Assembly: GCA_951406725.2 (NCBI GenBank)
Contig: OX597824.1
Span: 14,508,001-14,572,000, forward strand
From: Octopus vulgaris
Lineage: Eukaryota
DNA length: 64,000 nt
Direction of reading: 5' to 3'
The first letter of the stretch is position 1; every line of letters starts with the position of its first letter. Below the pieces are notes generated by a model, which did no database searches, was not told the DNA's origin, and saw nothing but the letters and a program-made list of their open reading frames with translations. Made by a program: the position numbers and the translations under genes. Of the stretch, positions 38,803 through 53,100 are shown one piece after another.

Positions 38803-41800
38803 CGTGACTGACCAGGCTATCAGATGTTGCTACACATCACTATTCGCAATGCGTTTCGCATTGTTTTAGCCTTCAAATGACGCCACCCTGCTGGCTAAGC
38901 GGCCAGGTCAACAGAAGAAAGGGTGAGAGAAAGTTGCGGCAAAAGAGTACAGCAGGGATTGCCCCCTCTCCCTTACGGGAGCGTCGTGGAGCTTTAGGTG
39001 TTTTCACTCAATAAACACTCACAACACCTGGCCTGGGAATCAAAACTGCGATCCTACAACAGCGAGTCCACTGCCCTAACCACTGGGCCATTGCACCTCC
39101 ATATATAACACACACATGCATCCATTCATTACTGTCCTAAGATGGAAAACATTGAAAGTAAACCTTTGTTACTGTAACAATCAGTTCCAGTTTGACAAGT
39201 AAAATAATTAAGATTTTATTGTATTCAAATCTCTCAGTGTTCATAATGAGTGAAGGCATGTGACCTAGTAATTAGGGTATCCGTCTCATAGTTAATAGGC
39301 TGTAGTTTCACTTTGTGGTCCAAACAGTACATTGTGTCCTTGAACAAGGCACTTCATTTCACATTGCCACAGTCTACTCAGCTGTAAATGAGTACTAGCT
39401 GGGTGCTACTGCAGCTCTCTCTCTCTCTCTCCAGCTATCATATCTTGGATGTTCCATTGGGTCAAGAGGGTGTCCATGCCTACTCACAATTACTTAATGA
39501 ATTTAAAGCAATTGGCATGTTATCAAGCGCTCATTCATGAGTGATGGCTGACTGTGCTTATTTCATCATCATCATTTAACATCTGCTTTCCATGCTAGCA
39601 TGAGTTGGACGATTTTGACTGAGGGCTGGCGAACCAGATGGCTGCACCAGGCTCCAGTCTTGATCTGGCAGAGTTTCTACAGCTGGATGCCCTTCCTAAT
39701 GCCAACCACTCCGAGAGTGTAGTGGGTGCTTTTTACGTGCCAGTCAGGCAGTACTGGCAATGACCCCTCTCGAATCTTTTTACACGTGCCAGTGAAGCGG
39801 CGTTGGAAATGATCACACTTGAACGGTGCCCTTTTACGTGCCACGGGTACAGAAGCCAGTTGGCTATAAAATATATTTCTTTCTACTAGAGACACTAAAG
39901 GGTGGGGGTTGTCAATTACATCGACCCCAGTACTTGACTGGTATTTAATTTATTGACCACGAAAGGATGAAAGGCAAAGTCGACCTCAGTGGAATTTGAA
40001 CTCAGAATATAAGGACAGACAAAATGCCAAGAAGCATTTTACCCAGTAATGCTAACGATGCTGCAAACACACCAACCTTTATTGCATACAAAATAAGGAA
40101 ATGGAGACTAATTTTTTAAAAATAATAATTTATTAAATTAAATAACGTTAAATAAAATAATTCCCTCATTTATATATTTTATCAACCAATAACAATATTA
40201 TTGTTTAACAAGCGATTAATTATGGATGTAATATTGGTTTCAAATTCTGGCACAAGGCCAGCAATTTCAGGGAAAGGGGTAAGTCGATTATATAGACCTT
40301 AGTGCTCAACTTGTATTTATTTTATCGGCCCTGAAAGGATGAAAGGTAAAGACAATCTGGGTGGAATTTGAACTCAGAACATAAAGACAGACGAAAGACC
40401 TATTTCTTTACTACCCTCAAGGGGCTAAACACAGAGAGGACAAACAAGGACAGACAGACAAACGGATTAAGTCGATTATATCGACCCCAGTGCGTAACTG
40501 GTACTTATCTAATCGACCCCGAAAGGATGAAAGGTAAAGTCGATCTCGGCGGAATTTGAACTCAGAACATAAAGACAGACGAAATGCCGCCAAGCATTTA
40601 GCCCAATGTGCTATGATTCTGTCAAGTCCACCGCCTTGGATTACGAGTGTATTATTGTCCGGTATTATTCATAGTGGCAAAAATACCTTCCCGATATTTC
40701 TTGCCATATAATAGTAAAACTCAAGTTTAGTATATAGTAATCAAGGGAGATAAATTTGATCAAAATAACCTCCCTTCTTTTGAACCAGCGATGATATGAA
40801 AAGGCGTCAGCAACTGTGTTAATGGACGTATGTATATTTACTCTTTTACTTGTTTCAGTCATTTGACTGTGGCCATGCTGGAGCACCGCCTTTTTAATCG
40901 AGCAAATCGACAACAGGACTTATTCTTTAGATGCTTAGTACCTATTCTATCGGTCTCTTTTGCCGAACCGCTAAGTTACGGGGACGTAAACACACCAGCA
41001 TCGGTTGTCCAGCGATGTTGGGGGGACAAACACAGACACGCAAACATATACACACACACATACATATACATATATACGAGGGGCTTCTTTCAGTTTCCGT
41101 CTACCAAATCCACTCACAAGGCTTTGGTCGGCCCGGGGCTATAGCAGAAGACACTTGCCCAAGGTGCCACGCATTTATATATTTTTATCTTTTACTTTTT
41201 TCAATCATTGGACTAAGGCACCGATTTGAAAGATTTTAGTCGAACGAATAGATACCAGTGATATTTTTTAAAGCTGAGTGCTCATTCTATCCACATTATT
41301 TATTTCACTGCTAAGTTACAGGGCCATAAACAAACCAACACCAGTTGTCAAGCAGTGGTGGTGGACAAACACAAAAACACACACACACACACACATTTGC
41401 GACAGGGTTCTTTCACTTTCTGTTTACCAAATTCACTCACAAGGCTTTGGTTATCCCGGCGCCACAGCTGAAAACACTTGCCGAAAGTGCCACACAGTGT
41501 GACTGAACCTGGTACCTTGTGATTGGAAAGTAGACTTCTAAGCAAACAGCCATGCCTTGCTCCTGAAAGTTTCAAAAGGATTTAGTAACTGTGGAGAACC
41601 TGGATATTGATACCAATACTTACTACATTCTAAGCAATCATTCTTTTACTTAAGCTAATTCCCAACTGGGTAGCTAGAGAGCAGTTGTGGGCACAGCTAA
41701 CCAAAAAGATAGCTCTGCTAACCGCTAATCTGCTAACTAAAAACGTTAACTTCACAAATACTAAACTACTAAACAGGTAAAAAAATTAGCGGAAGTTGAC

Positions 41801-44132
41801 ACTAAATGATAACCACTAACTTTTATCATGTGTTTCAGTTTGTTTTTTTTTTGTCTTTAAAACCCTTAACAGACCTAGAGAGCTGAAATTTTCATGTTGT
41901 GGCTTAGACATAGAGCTTTCCAAAAAGATACAGGATGCCAAGATCATATGCTGAACAAGGTGTACACAAATTAATAAATGAAATTAAATATTAGATTTTC
42001 AGTTACCATACATTTTATTTACTATACAAAATGCATTAAACGAATCAAAAAGGTATAGTATAGAATAGGTGTCGTGCCAAGAACAGATGATGATCAAGGT
42101 GTACTACTCTGGATGGGCCTTCTCCACTGCCTTGTCACGATGCTGGTTGCCCTTCATAAACATCAACCTCTCAAAGTTACCATCTGATAGAGTGGCTCTC
42201 TTGGCCCTCAAAATATTTTTGCCCATAGAGAATAAGCACTCAACTGCAGCATGGGATGAGATGGCAGTGTTATACTTGGTGAACAAGTTAATTAAGACCT
42301 GCTCACCCAAAAAGGTGTCTTCGGTCTGGACCTCCTTCAAGAAGGCTTCCAGCCAGGTCTTTACCAAGTTCTTCGCCTTAGATTTCAGTGACCTGTGATG
42401 GGATGGCAGTGTAATACTTGGTGAACAGGTCGATTAAGACCTGCTCACCCAAAAAGGTGTCTTCGGTCAGGACCTCCTTCAAGAAGGCTTCCAGCCAGGT
42501 CTTTGCCAAGTTCTTCGCCTTGGATTTCAGTGACCTGTGATGGGATGGCGGTGTTATACTTGGTGAAGAGGTCGATTAAGACCTGCTCACCCAAAAAGGT
42601 GTCTTCGGTCTGGACCTCCTTCAAGAAGGCTTCCAGCCAGGTCTTTGCCAAGTTCTTCGCCTTTCATTTCAGTGACCTGTGATGGGATGGCAGTGTAATA
42701 CTTGGTGAACAGGTCGATTAAGACCTGCTCACCCAAAAAGGTGTCTTCGGTCTGGACCTCCTTCAAGAAGGCTTCCAGCCAGGTCTTTACCAAGTTCTTC
42801 GCCTTGGATTTCAGTGACCTGTGATGGGATGGCGGTGTTATACTTGGTGAACAGGTCGATTAAGACCTGCTCACCCAAAAAGGTGTCTTTAGTCAGGACC
42901 TTCTTCAAGAAGGCTTTACCAAGTTCTGCGCCTTGGATTTCAGTGACCTGTCGCTTCTGCTCTCCCGGAACCGAGTGATCTTGCTGAAGAAATCCTTTTC
43001 CTCATCCTCATTACTGGTGGTGCTGCTGCCCTTCTCATTGGTCTCCATTAGGATTGTCTCTATTACAGTCTCCATGGTATTTGATACTCTACTAACCTGG
43101 CTGTTATTTTACTGATCCAGCCAGAACAGGCAAAACTTGGGGTGAAAGACAGTGACCAGCTGGAACTCCAGGTCTTCTAGGAGGAGTTCGAAACTTTCCG
43201 TGATGCCTGACAGTATCGCGTCTACCAGAGGACTGCAGTACAGGAAATGTTTGACCTTGACCCCCTTCAACTTCATGACGGTAACCACTACAGTTGGCAG
43301 AAGGCTCCCGATAAGATAAGCCTGGTCCGTCCCCTGGATTTTATCCAAGGCCTTGGCAACATTAGACATCACCTGGGAATACTCCGTCAGGAAGCTGACA
43401 TCAGAATCAGTGAAGGTCTGCAGCTTCAGTTGTGCCATCATCCAGTGGACATCTCCCCTGTTCTTCTCCAGCAGGTTGTTGAGGACAACAAAAGAGTCAT
43501 AGCTAAAGTTCCATCTGGTACTCTTGGGGACCACCAAGTACCTTCAATGCGTCCAGAATGCTGTCTGCCACCACTGTGCGGCAGCTCTGCAGATTCCACA
43601 ACTGCTGTGCCTTGGACATGGTCTTCTTTGAAGTGTTGTCAAGAGCCCTGTCAGCATTCATGCTGGTTACCAAGTTGTGCACTGGCAGGTTTAGGTCAAG
43701 GCATCAACAGAGATGTACTCAACTTCATCCACATCCACAGCCTTGGGATCCTCGTCCAGGTCCACAATCTCAATGTCCTCCACATCTGGATTGGCAGCAG
43801 CTTCAAGAATGTCTGGCAAGAGTTCAACTTCTGTACCAAACTGCATAAATGCCTTGACAAAGTTTTCACTGTTGTCCGTCGTGGTCCTGGTCACGTTGTC
43901 TTGCAGATGGAACTTGTAATTGATGTCCCCTGAGCCAAGAGCAGGCCAGGACGGTGTGTTGTCTCATGTGGGTCTTGTAGTCCAGCCAGTATGCCCCATC
44001 GCCATGTAGGACCTGTTGTAGACTGACCAACAGTCCAAGGTGATCGCCACCAGAGGGCATCCTTGAGCAATCTGTAATTAAAATATATTAAATTGTAAAG
44101 AGACATAAGTTGTAAAGTTAAAAACTTAAAAT

Positions 44133-44166
<34 letters not shown>

Positions 44167-47100
44167 TATGTATATATGATCAAGGTGGCTAGCAGCAATT
44201 TAAAACCAACAAGGAAATAATTCACCATTTCTAAGAGTGACAAGGGTGTAGTGAGCACCAGCATTGCTAGAAATAGGAATCATAGACTGCTTAGCCACAA
44301 AAGTACATGGTCGCTTTGTATTGATAGGGGAGAAAACCCTCCCTACTCTGAGCAAGATGCATTAGAATAGCATGCAAATTTCGTATAGGAAATTAATACT
44401 CATTAGTAATGCTCAGTCCATCACAGTTGCTAGAGGCCAATTCACCCAGTCAATACTGTAGAGAATGCCATTGGACCAGTGACTGATTTCACAAAATGGC
44501 ATTGTGAAAAATTATAAAGTAATCAAGGTGGCTAGCAGCAATTTAAAACAGAGGAAGTAATTCACCATCACTATATATTTGCTGTAAATCCTCTTATTTT
44601 TGTCATAAAACCAAAACTTTAGGTGGTGGTAGTTTAAACAGGTAACAGCAATACTTATTTGGTGTGGGGATGTGATTTATGCTATGTTTACACACACACA
44701 CACACACAAAAAACAACAGGTTACATGTTTTTCTTACTTTTTACCATTAACATTCTCAGGAAAATATGACCCAAATATCTGACTGTGTAGTGAAAAGCCA
44801 GCGAACAATCCCAGCAGCTGTTACATTTTCAGAAAAACCACTTTTAGAACAAAGGCAACACGTCATTGATGAAATCGAAGACTTCAGGGTATCTAGAATT
44901 TTGTTTCTTTGTGGCTTACACAAATTTACAACCATAACCATTAGACTTGCTACAACTGATGCTATATATCATGTTTTTCTTTTGGAACGGCGAGTCATCT
45001 AGTCATCCTGGGTGAGGGCTGACTGATGCACTGACTTTGTTTAATCCTTTAGCGTTTAAACTGGCCAAATCCGGCTCAAATATTTTACATGTTTTACATT
45101 CAAAAGGCCATATTTAACCTTTCACACCTAACCTACACTTCAATAAATTCTAATTTAATTACTTTCACACTTCATTGATTATCTTGGTCACATGGTAGGC
45201 CAGAGGCAACAGTGCTACATTAATTGTTCATTATATATTGTGTAATCATTGGTGTTAGTACTGCCCCAAATCAGAATCTAGAGCCCTTACTGAACAATTT
45301 TTATGCCTGAACACCAGGAAAATGCTTGTGTCTTTAAAGGTGTTTTAGAAATAGACTGGGTAAGGAGTTACAGTTAAAATACTCATCTTGCTAAAATGAT
45401 TGTTTAAAGATGTGTAAACATTCTGGTGTACTCTTTTACTTGTTTCAGTCATTTGACTGTGGCCATGCTAGAGCACCACCTTTAGTCGAACAAATCGACT
45501 CCAGGACTTATTCTTTGTAAGCCTAGTACTTATTCTATCGGTCTCTTTTGCCGAACCGCTAAGTTACGGAGACGTAAACACACCAGCATCAGTTGTCAAG
45601 CGATGTTGGGGTGACAAACACACACACACACACATATATATGTATATGATGGGCTTCTTTCAGTTTCCGTCTACCAAATCCACTCACAAGGCTTTGGTCG
45701 GCCCGAGGCTGTAATAGAAGACACTTGCCCAAGGTGCCACACAGTGGGACTGAACCTGGAACCATGTGGTTCATAAGCAAGCTACTTACCACACAGCCAC
45801 TCCTGTGCCTAAAATAAAATAAAATCTCTGATGTGCTACAACAAAACTGTTTTATAAATATTTCAATGCTTCTGTTTCATTTCTTTATAGGAAATTGAGA
45901 GAGGAAAAATAGAAAAACGATATCTGAAGTAAGTACATTATAATTTTGGACTGATTATATATTTATAGGAAAAATATTCAAAGTTGAAAAATTAGATCAT
46001 TAAAATCAGGTATGTAAAGATTGTGGCATTTCTAAATTAATGTGTTGGGATGTGTTAAGGATCCTGGGTAGGTTAGAAGGGGAATAATTTCGCATTTTAA
46101 CAAAAAGGAGCTTTATTGGATTGTACTGTTAGATATTTCACCAAGAAGTATGTTATGCTTATGTTAGGGACCTGAATACATGTTAAATGTCGGAGAATGT
46201 ATACATGGTCGTGCTAGCGGGGTGCAAAGAGCACCACACGAGTGTGATCGTTGACAGAGCGGCTAACCAGCTTCCATGCCAGTGGCACATAAAAGGGCAC
46301 TATTCGAGTGTGATAGTTACCAGCGTTGCCTTACTGGCACTTGTACCCCATGCTAGTAGGGTGCCAAGAGCACCATCCGAGCATGATCATTACCAGAGCA
46401 GCCAACTGGCTTCCGTGCCGGTAGCATGTAAAAGGGCACCATTCAAGTGTGATCGTTACCAACGTCGCTTTACTGGCACCTGTGCCATTAGCATGTGTAA
46501 AAATATTCAAGCAAGGTCGTTGCCAGTACCGCCTGACTGGCTCCCGTGCTGGTGGCACATAAAAAGCACCCACTACACTCTCGGAGTGGTTGGCGTTAGG
46601 AAGGCATCCAGCTGTAGAGACTCTGCCAAATCAAGATTGGAGCCTGGTGCAGCCATCTGGTTCGCCAGCCCATACTAGCATGGAAAGCAGACTTTAAACG
46701 ATGATGATGTATGTGTGCTGGATACAGGTTCAAATGTATGAGTGAGTGAGCATCAAAAGGTGAAATCATCAAACCAGCATAATCTTGATGAAGAAGCAGT
46801 TTTTAAAAAAATTCTTACTGTACTGGAGAAGGCCAGTGTACTCACCAACCTAATCTTGTCACTGCTGGAGCAGATGGAGGCATCAGTGGAAGAATCTGCT
46901 GATATTGTTGGGTTTGTTTGTTCAGGTGGTGAGGGTTGATGCCAAGACTCAAAGTGAACCTCTTCTAGGCAGTCGATGCTGAACAAGTCTTCTTTGAAGA
47001 TGAACAAGAATAAGACGGTGAGCTGGCAGAATCGTTAGCACGCTGGATGAAATGCTTAGCGGTATTTCGCCTGCCGTTACATTCTCAGTTCAAATTCTGC

Positions 47101-50100
47101 CGAGGTCGACTTTGCCTTTCATTCTTTCAGGGTCGATAAATTAAGTACCAGTTACGCACTGGGGTCGATATAATCGACTTAATCCGTTTGTCTCTCCTTG
47201 TTTGTCCTATCTGTGTTTAGCCCCTTGTGGGTAGTAAAGAAATAGGTATTTCATCTGCCGCTATGTTCTGAGCTCAAATTCCGCCGAGGTCGACTTTGCC
47301 TTTCATCCTTTTCGGGGTCGATTAAATAAGTACCAGTTATGCACTGGGGGCGACATAATCAACTTAGTCCCTTTGTCCTTGTTTGTCCCCTCTATGTTTA
47401 GCTCCTTGTGGGCAATAAAGAATTAAAACAAGAAGAATAAGATGAATAAGAAGAACAAAGAAAGGAGCTTACTGGTTGCTTTGATGTCACTTGTGCACTA
47501 TGTTTGGTTTAAAGCTGAAATCAGAGACCCCCAGCAACACATCTGGTAGAAGGTTGCCAGCCCAAAACAAAGTGTGGATGTTGTTTATGCAGAGACGAGA
47601 AATGTGCCTCTAGACAGATGAAACAAATGACTGGGTCACAAATACTTTAGTCAGAGAGCCAGCTTTCACCTGTGAGTGGACATGGCTTGATCACACCTTC
47701 TATACTTTTGCTAATTGCGGAATCGAAATCGAACCAATCCTATGACTGGCACCCAGCAGTTGCCAGTGCCGCTGGACTGTTTCCTGTGCAGGTGGCAAGT
47801 AAAGAAACACCGTTTCGACCCTGTGCTTGAGACCTATTGAGACAAGTATATCAGCATCAAAAATCAATGGAAATTGTAGTTGTGATCCCTGTGCCGGTGG
47901 CACGTAAAAAGCACCATCCGAACGTGGCCAATGCCAGCGCCGCTTTGACTGGCTTCTGTGCCGGTGGCACGTAAAAAGCACCAACCGATCGTGGCCATTG
48001 CCAGCCTCCCCTGGCACCTGTGCTGGTGGCACGTAAAAAGCACCCACTACACTCATGGAGTGGTTCGTGTTAGGAAGGACATCCAGCTGTAGAAACACTG
48101 CCAGATCAGACTGGAGCCTGGTGCAGCCTCCTGGCTTCCCAGACCCCGGTTGAACTGTCCAACCCTTGCTAGCATGGAAAACGGATGTTAAACGATGATG
48201 ATAATGATTTAGACGTTTATGTAATGGCAAGCAAGTATAGACACACCCTCTCAGTTCTCCCACCTCTTAACCCAGCAGAACATCCAGGATGTAACAGCTG
48301 GTGGAAAAGAGATAAGTGAGATCTGCATCAGCACTCAGCTGGTACCCACTGTCAGCAGAGTGGACTGGAGCAGTGTGGAAGGACACAATGCACCACCTGA
48401 CCCAGCAATTGAATCTATGATATTATGATCATGAACACCCCTAACTACAAAGCTGAGTGCCTTCACAACAGATTATATTTATGGAATTTGTGTGTATGGT
48501 GGAAGTCAACCTTTGACCAAATAAAACCACTTCCTAAACTAAGTCCATGCAAATGTTCCAAGACTTAGTTTAGGAAGTGGTTTTATTTGGTCAAAAGTTG
48601 ACTTCCACCATACACACAAATTCCATAAATATAATCTGTTGTGATGAACTAAGTCCATGCAATTGTTCCAAGAAATCCTTCGATCACCTCTGTCTATGCC
48701 GCATCCATTGTGTCCGATGGCATCACTTTGTCTCCAACAATTCGGTGCGACACCAGTGCAAAATCACCTCCCTCCGACACGCCATCCTAACGAGACGTCT
48801 GTGTTGGCTGGGTCATGCCCTCCATCGTCAACCAGGAGAATTCATCTACAAAGCAATTGCCTCAGCGCCCCTTCAGGATTGGCGAAAGCAATGTGGTGGA
48901 CAACGAAAATCCTGGCTGATGACAGTCAGGGCTGATCTGGAACCCAACCTAGGGGCCCCATATCTACGGCGTTCGCCGCTGGAATAAGGAGTGGTTGGAG
49001 ATCATGCGGTCGTTAGCCTCAAATCGCCAGGTCTGGTCGGCGTTTGTGAGAGATGCAGCATTGAGGATGAATGAAGCCAGCTCAGCCCACCCCGGCTGAA
49101 TGCTGTCTCAAGACAAGTCAAATGTTCCAAGAGTCCAAAAGGTTCCTGTGTGTGAAGGAAGCTTGCTTCCCAGCTACATGGCTTCAGGTTCAGTCCCACT
49201 GTATGGCACCTTGGACAAGTGTCTTCTGCTATAACCCCGGGCCGACTGAAGCTTTGTAATTGAATTTGGTCGGCAGAAGTTACTGCCGTGTGTGTACATG
49301 TGTAAGTGCTTGTGCCTCCTAACATAAAGTGTTGCACAACTGAACCTACTTTTCATTGTAACCAGTTATAATGGCAGTGACACTATAGAGGTTTATATTG
49401 AGACGACCAAAAACTGCACTGCACTTCAGGTTTTTATTACCCAAACTTAACTCCTCCTAGAAGTTCTAACAAGAACTAAGGGTCCTTCACTCCCTGTGGT
49501 TTACATGCTAGTTAACTCAAAGCTGGGGCCTTGACATATGCTACTATTCTGGGTCAGAGTAGACCTGAGAACAATAGTGGCTAAGAGATGGTTCCATGCT
49601 CCTTAAAATCCTGGAGATATGCACGCATCATCATCGTTTAACATCCGTTTTCCATGCTAGCATGAGTTGGACGGTTCGACCGGGGTCTGGAAAGCCAAGA
49701 GGCTGCAGCAGGCTCCAGTCTGATCTGGATGCCCTTCCTAATGCCAACCACTCTGCGAGTGTAGTGGGTGTTTTTTACGTGCCAGAGGAGGCTGGCAGCA
49801 GTCACGACCAGTTGGTGCTTTTTATGCGCCACCGGCACAGAAGCCAGTCAAGGCGGCACTGGCATTGGCCACGTTTGGATGGTGCTTTTTATGTGCCACT
49901 AGTACAGGTATCGCAACTACAATTTCCATCTGATATTTAAAAAGACTCCGCCGGTTACGACGACGAGGGTCCCAGCTGATACGATCAACGGAACAGCTTG
50001 CCCGTGAAATTAACGTGCAAATGGCTGAGCATTCCACAGACACGTGTACCCTTAACGTAGTTCTCGGGGATAATCAGCGTGACACAGAGAGTGACAAGGC

Positions 50101-53100
50101 TGACCCTTTGAAATACAAGTACAACTCATTTTTGCCAGCTGAGTGGACTGGAGCAACGTGAAATAAAGTGTCTTGCTCAAGGACACAACGCGTCGCCGGG
50201 AATCGAACTCACAACCTTACGATCATGAGTCGAATGCCCTAACCACTAAGCCACGCGCCCTCACCATTTGATATTTATTTTGATGTTGATATACTTGACT
50301 CAATAGGTCTCCTCAAGCGCAGCAGATCACCCTACGATCCAAGGTAAGCACAGCAGGTCGTTCTGCAATCCAAGGTACTTTGGATGGACTGGGGCTATGC
50401 GAAACTGGTGCAGGAAACAGCACACATATCCATAATATAAACTTACAGGGTGCAAAACACCTAGAAATACAAGAGAATATCTTGTAACACTTTTTTCTAT
50501 TTTTTGTTTTTAAGCTTTATATCTAACAATTCTAAAGTCAATATCAGCCAACTTTACTATAGCATACAGTGATTTTTTCTTATGTGGTGATGATGATGAT
50601 TGTGTTGAATGTCATCTTTGCTTCTCACAGAATCTTCATTAAAATCTTAGACATCACCATATATTACTCAACATGATTACAAAAGCAATGAGCAAAAACC
50701 AAACTTTTAGTGTTGTCATTTTTTTTTTTTTGCAGTAGAAATTTAGTTCAAAAAGAAAATAAAGAGTTTGCAGTAACAAAGCAACAGTGTGTCTTTCTCA
50801 TATATGCTGCTATATTTGGGAAGTTACACAATTGTCTGATTCAATAAAAAGTATTTTTGTGTAACCTTGAGAGATGTTTTGTTGTACAACAGCACTAAGT
50901 TTTAATTTGTTTTCCTTCAAAAGGTTACAAGAAACCATGAGATCCCTGCAACAGGAATTAGATTTACCAGTCACTGCAGCCACAGAAAAGGTTGGGTTAT
51001 TTTTTTTAAACAACTTTAGCACTGATCACTTTTAATGAATAATTTTACAGTAATCAGTTTAACCCATTTGTTACCATCTTTCTGTTGAGATGCTCTGTGT
51101 TTCTTTCAATTAATTTTAAATATAGCAAAGAATTTAGTAAAATAACTTAGTCACAATTTATACTCCTAACACTAGCTTAATAATAACTAAGGTTTGCTGG
51201 AAAATTTAAACCAGAATTTTGAAAACAAGACATTTGTACTATAGAGCCAGAGGTGGTTTCAACGGGGTTGGTATCAAAAAAGTTAAGAATTGTTTCTCTA
51301 TTATATATATTTTAACCCTTTTGTTACCATATCTCTGTTGTGATGCTCTGTGTTTCTTTCAATTAATTTTAAATATAACAAAGAATTTAGTAAAATAACT
51401 TAGTTATCATTCAGCTAGTGTTAGGAACATTAATTGTGACTACGGTTTGGTAGATGATTTTAGTTCAGAACAAGACATTTGTACTACAGAGCCAGAGGCA
51501 GTTTCAGCCAGGTTGGTGTCAAAAGGGTTAACTGGCAGAAATGTGAAGCTGGAATGTGATTTCAAGAACTTTCTGTGAGTTACTACACAAACTTCCACAC
51601 AATCTTAACCCTTTAATATTCAGGTTAATTTGTCAAATGTAATGCTTATGTATCCACCTTGTTTTCAATTTATTATGCATTAGGTGTAGGAGTGGTTGTG
51701 TGATAAGTAACTTGCTTACGAACCACATGGTCCCGGGTTCAGTCCCACTGCGTGGCACCTTGGGCAAGTATCTTCTAGTATAGCCTCGGGCCGACCAAAG
51801 CCTTGTGAGTGGATTTGGTAAATGGAAACTGAAAGAAGCCAGTCGTATATATGTATGTGTGTCTGTGTTTGTCCCCCCAACATCGCTTGATAACCAATGC
51901 TGGTATTTTTACGTCCCCGTAACTTAGTGGTTCAGCAAAAGAGGCCGATAGAATAAGTTATAAGCTTACAAAGAATAAGTTCTAGGGTCGATTTGCTCGA
52001 CTAAAGGCGGTGCTCCAGCATGGCCACAGTCAAATGACTGAAACAAGTAAAAGAGTAGAGTAAAAGAGTATAATTCCAAGTTAATCTTTGAGGTATGTTT
52101 AAGATGTTTGCTTTGTAGTCACAAGGCTTTAGGTTCAGTCCCACTGCATGGCATCTTGGGTAAGTGTCTTCTACTATAACCCCAGGCTGACCAAAAGTCT
52201 CGAATGAATTTGATTGTCAAAATCTGGAAAGAAACTGGTCTTTGTCTCCGTGTGTGTGTGTGTGTGTGTGTGTGTGCGGTTTCCTTGTGATTCCATTGTA
52301 CACTGTGAACAAAACAGCACTGCTGTCCATATAAGTGATACTGTTTGTCTGCAGTCTTTGATGAAAATGTCTAGACTAAGGCAAAATATTAACCTTGCTT
52401 TATAACATGTGATTAGCAACAGGAAGACCACCATACCATAGTAAAAGAAAAAAAAAGCCATCCTCAAAAAAACTCATCTGATATATGCTAGCATGGAAAA
52501 GTAGAGATGTTAAGGGCATCCAGCTGTAGAAACCAAGCCAAAACTAGACTGGAGCCCCTACTACATTTCTCTGGCTAACTAGTTTCTGTCAAACCATCTG
52601 TAACAGGATGAGAGATTTTGGCAACAGGCAACCTCATCTCCAGTCTTGGGTTGGTGAGATTTTTTTATCTTCCACCTTAAAAGGAAGATGAGGCTGGAGA
52701 GAAGATGCCTGTCAAAGAAAATGTTCAAAGAAAGATGGTTGCATGTTGCAAGGGTGCTGGGAATGAAAGATTCCTCGTGAACATGTCATAAGTCTGCATA
52801 CAAAAGTTTCAGTAGGAGAATGGGGCTCGTGGGGTCAGAGCATAAGCCAGGAGAATGGGGCCTGTGGGGTCGGAGCGTAAGCCATCTCTCTGCTTCATTT
52901 CATGTTTGTATTTCGTCCTTGTTGCATCTCATTCGATTTCATTATATTTCGTAAAATTTTAAAAGTCATATAATCATTGTGTGTCTGACCCCAATCAGGC
53001 TGTATGTTTGGGCCCTTGTGGCTAATAAAGAAATTGGATGAGAGCTTCCCCGCATTGGATGGGTGCTGCTCGCATCCTTTACATTAAATATTAATTGAAG

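Noticed and set aside
43247-43933. 228-aa + strand ORF
   Set aside because: Antisense shadow of the hAT transposase.
46728-47007. ORFs resembling a coding exon
   Set aside because: No phase-compatible open exon with the flanking CEP128 exons and no recognisable motif.
50631-50676. Alternative terminal exon ([14 protein letters not shown]) with a downstream AATAAA
   Set aside because: Only an acceptor-like site and a phase match; no homology support.
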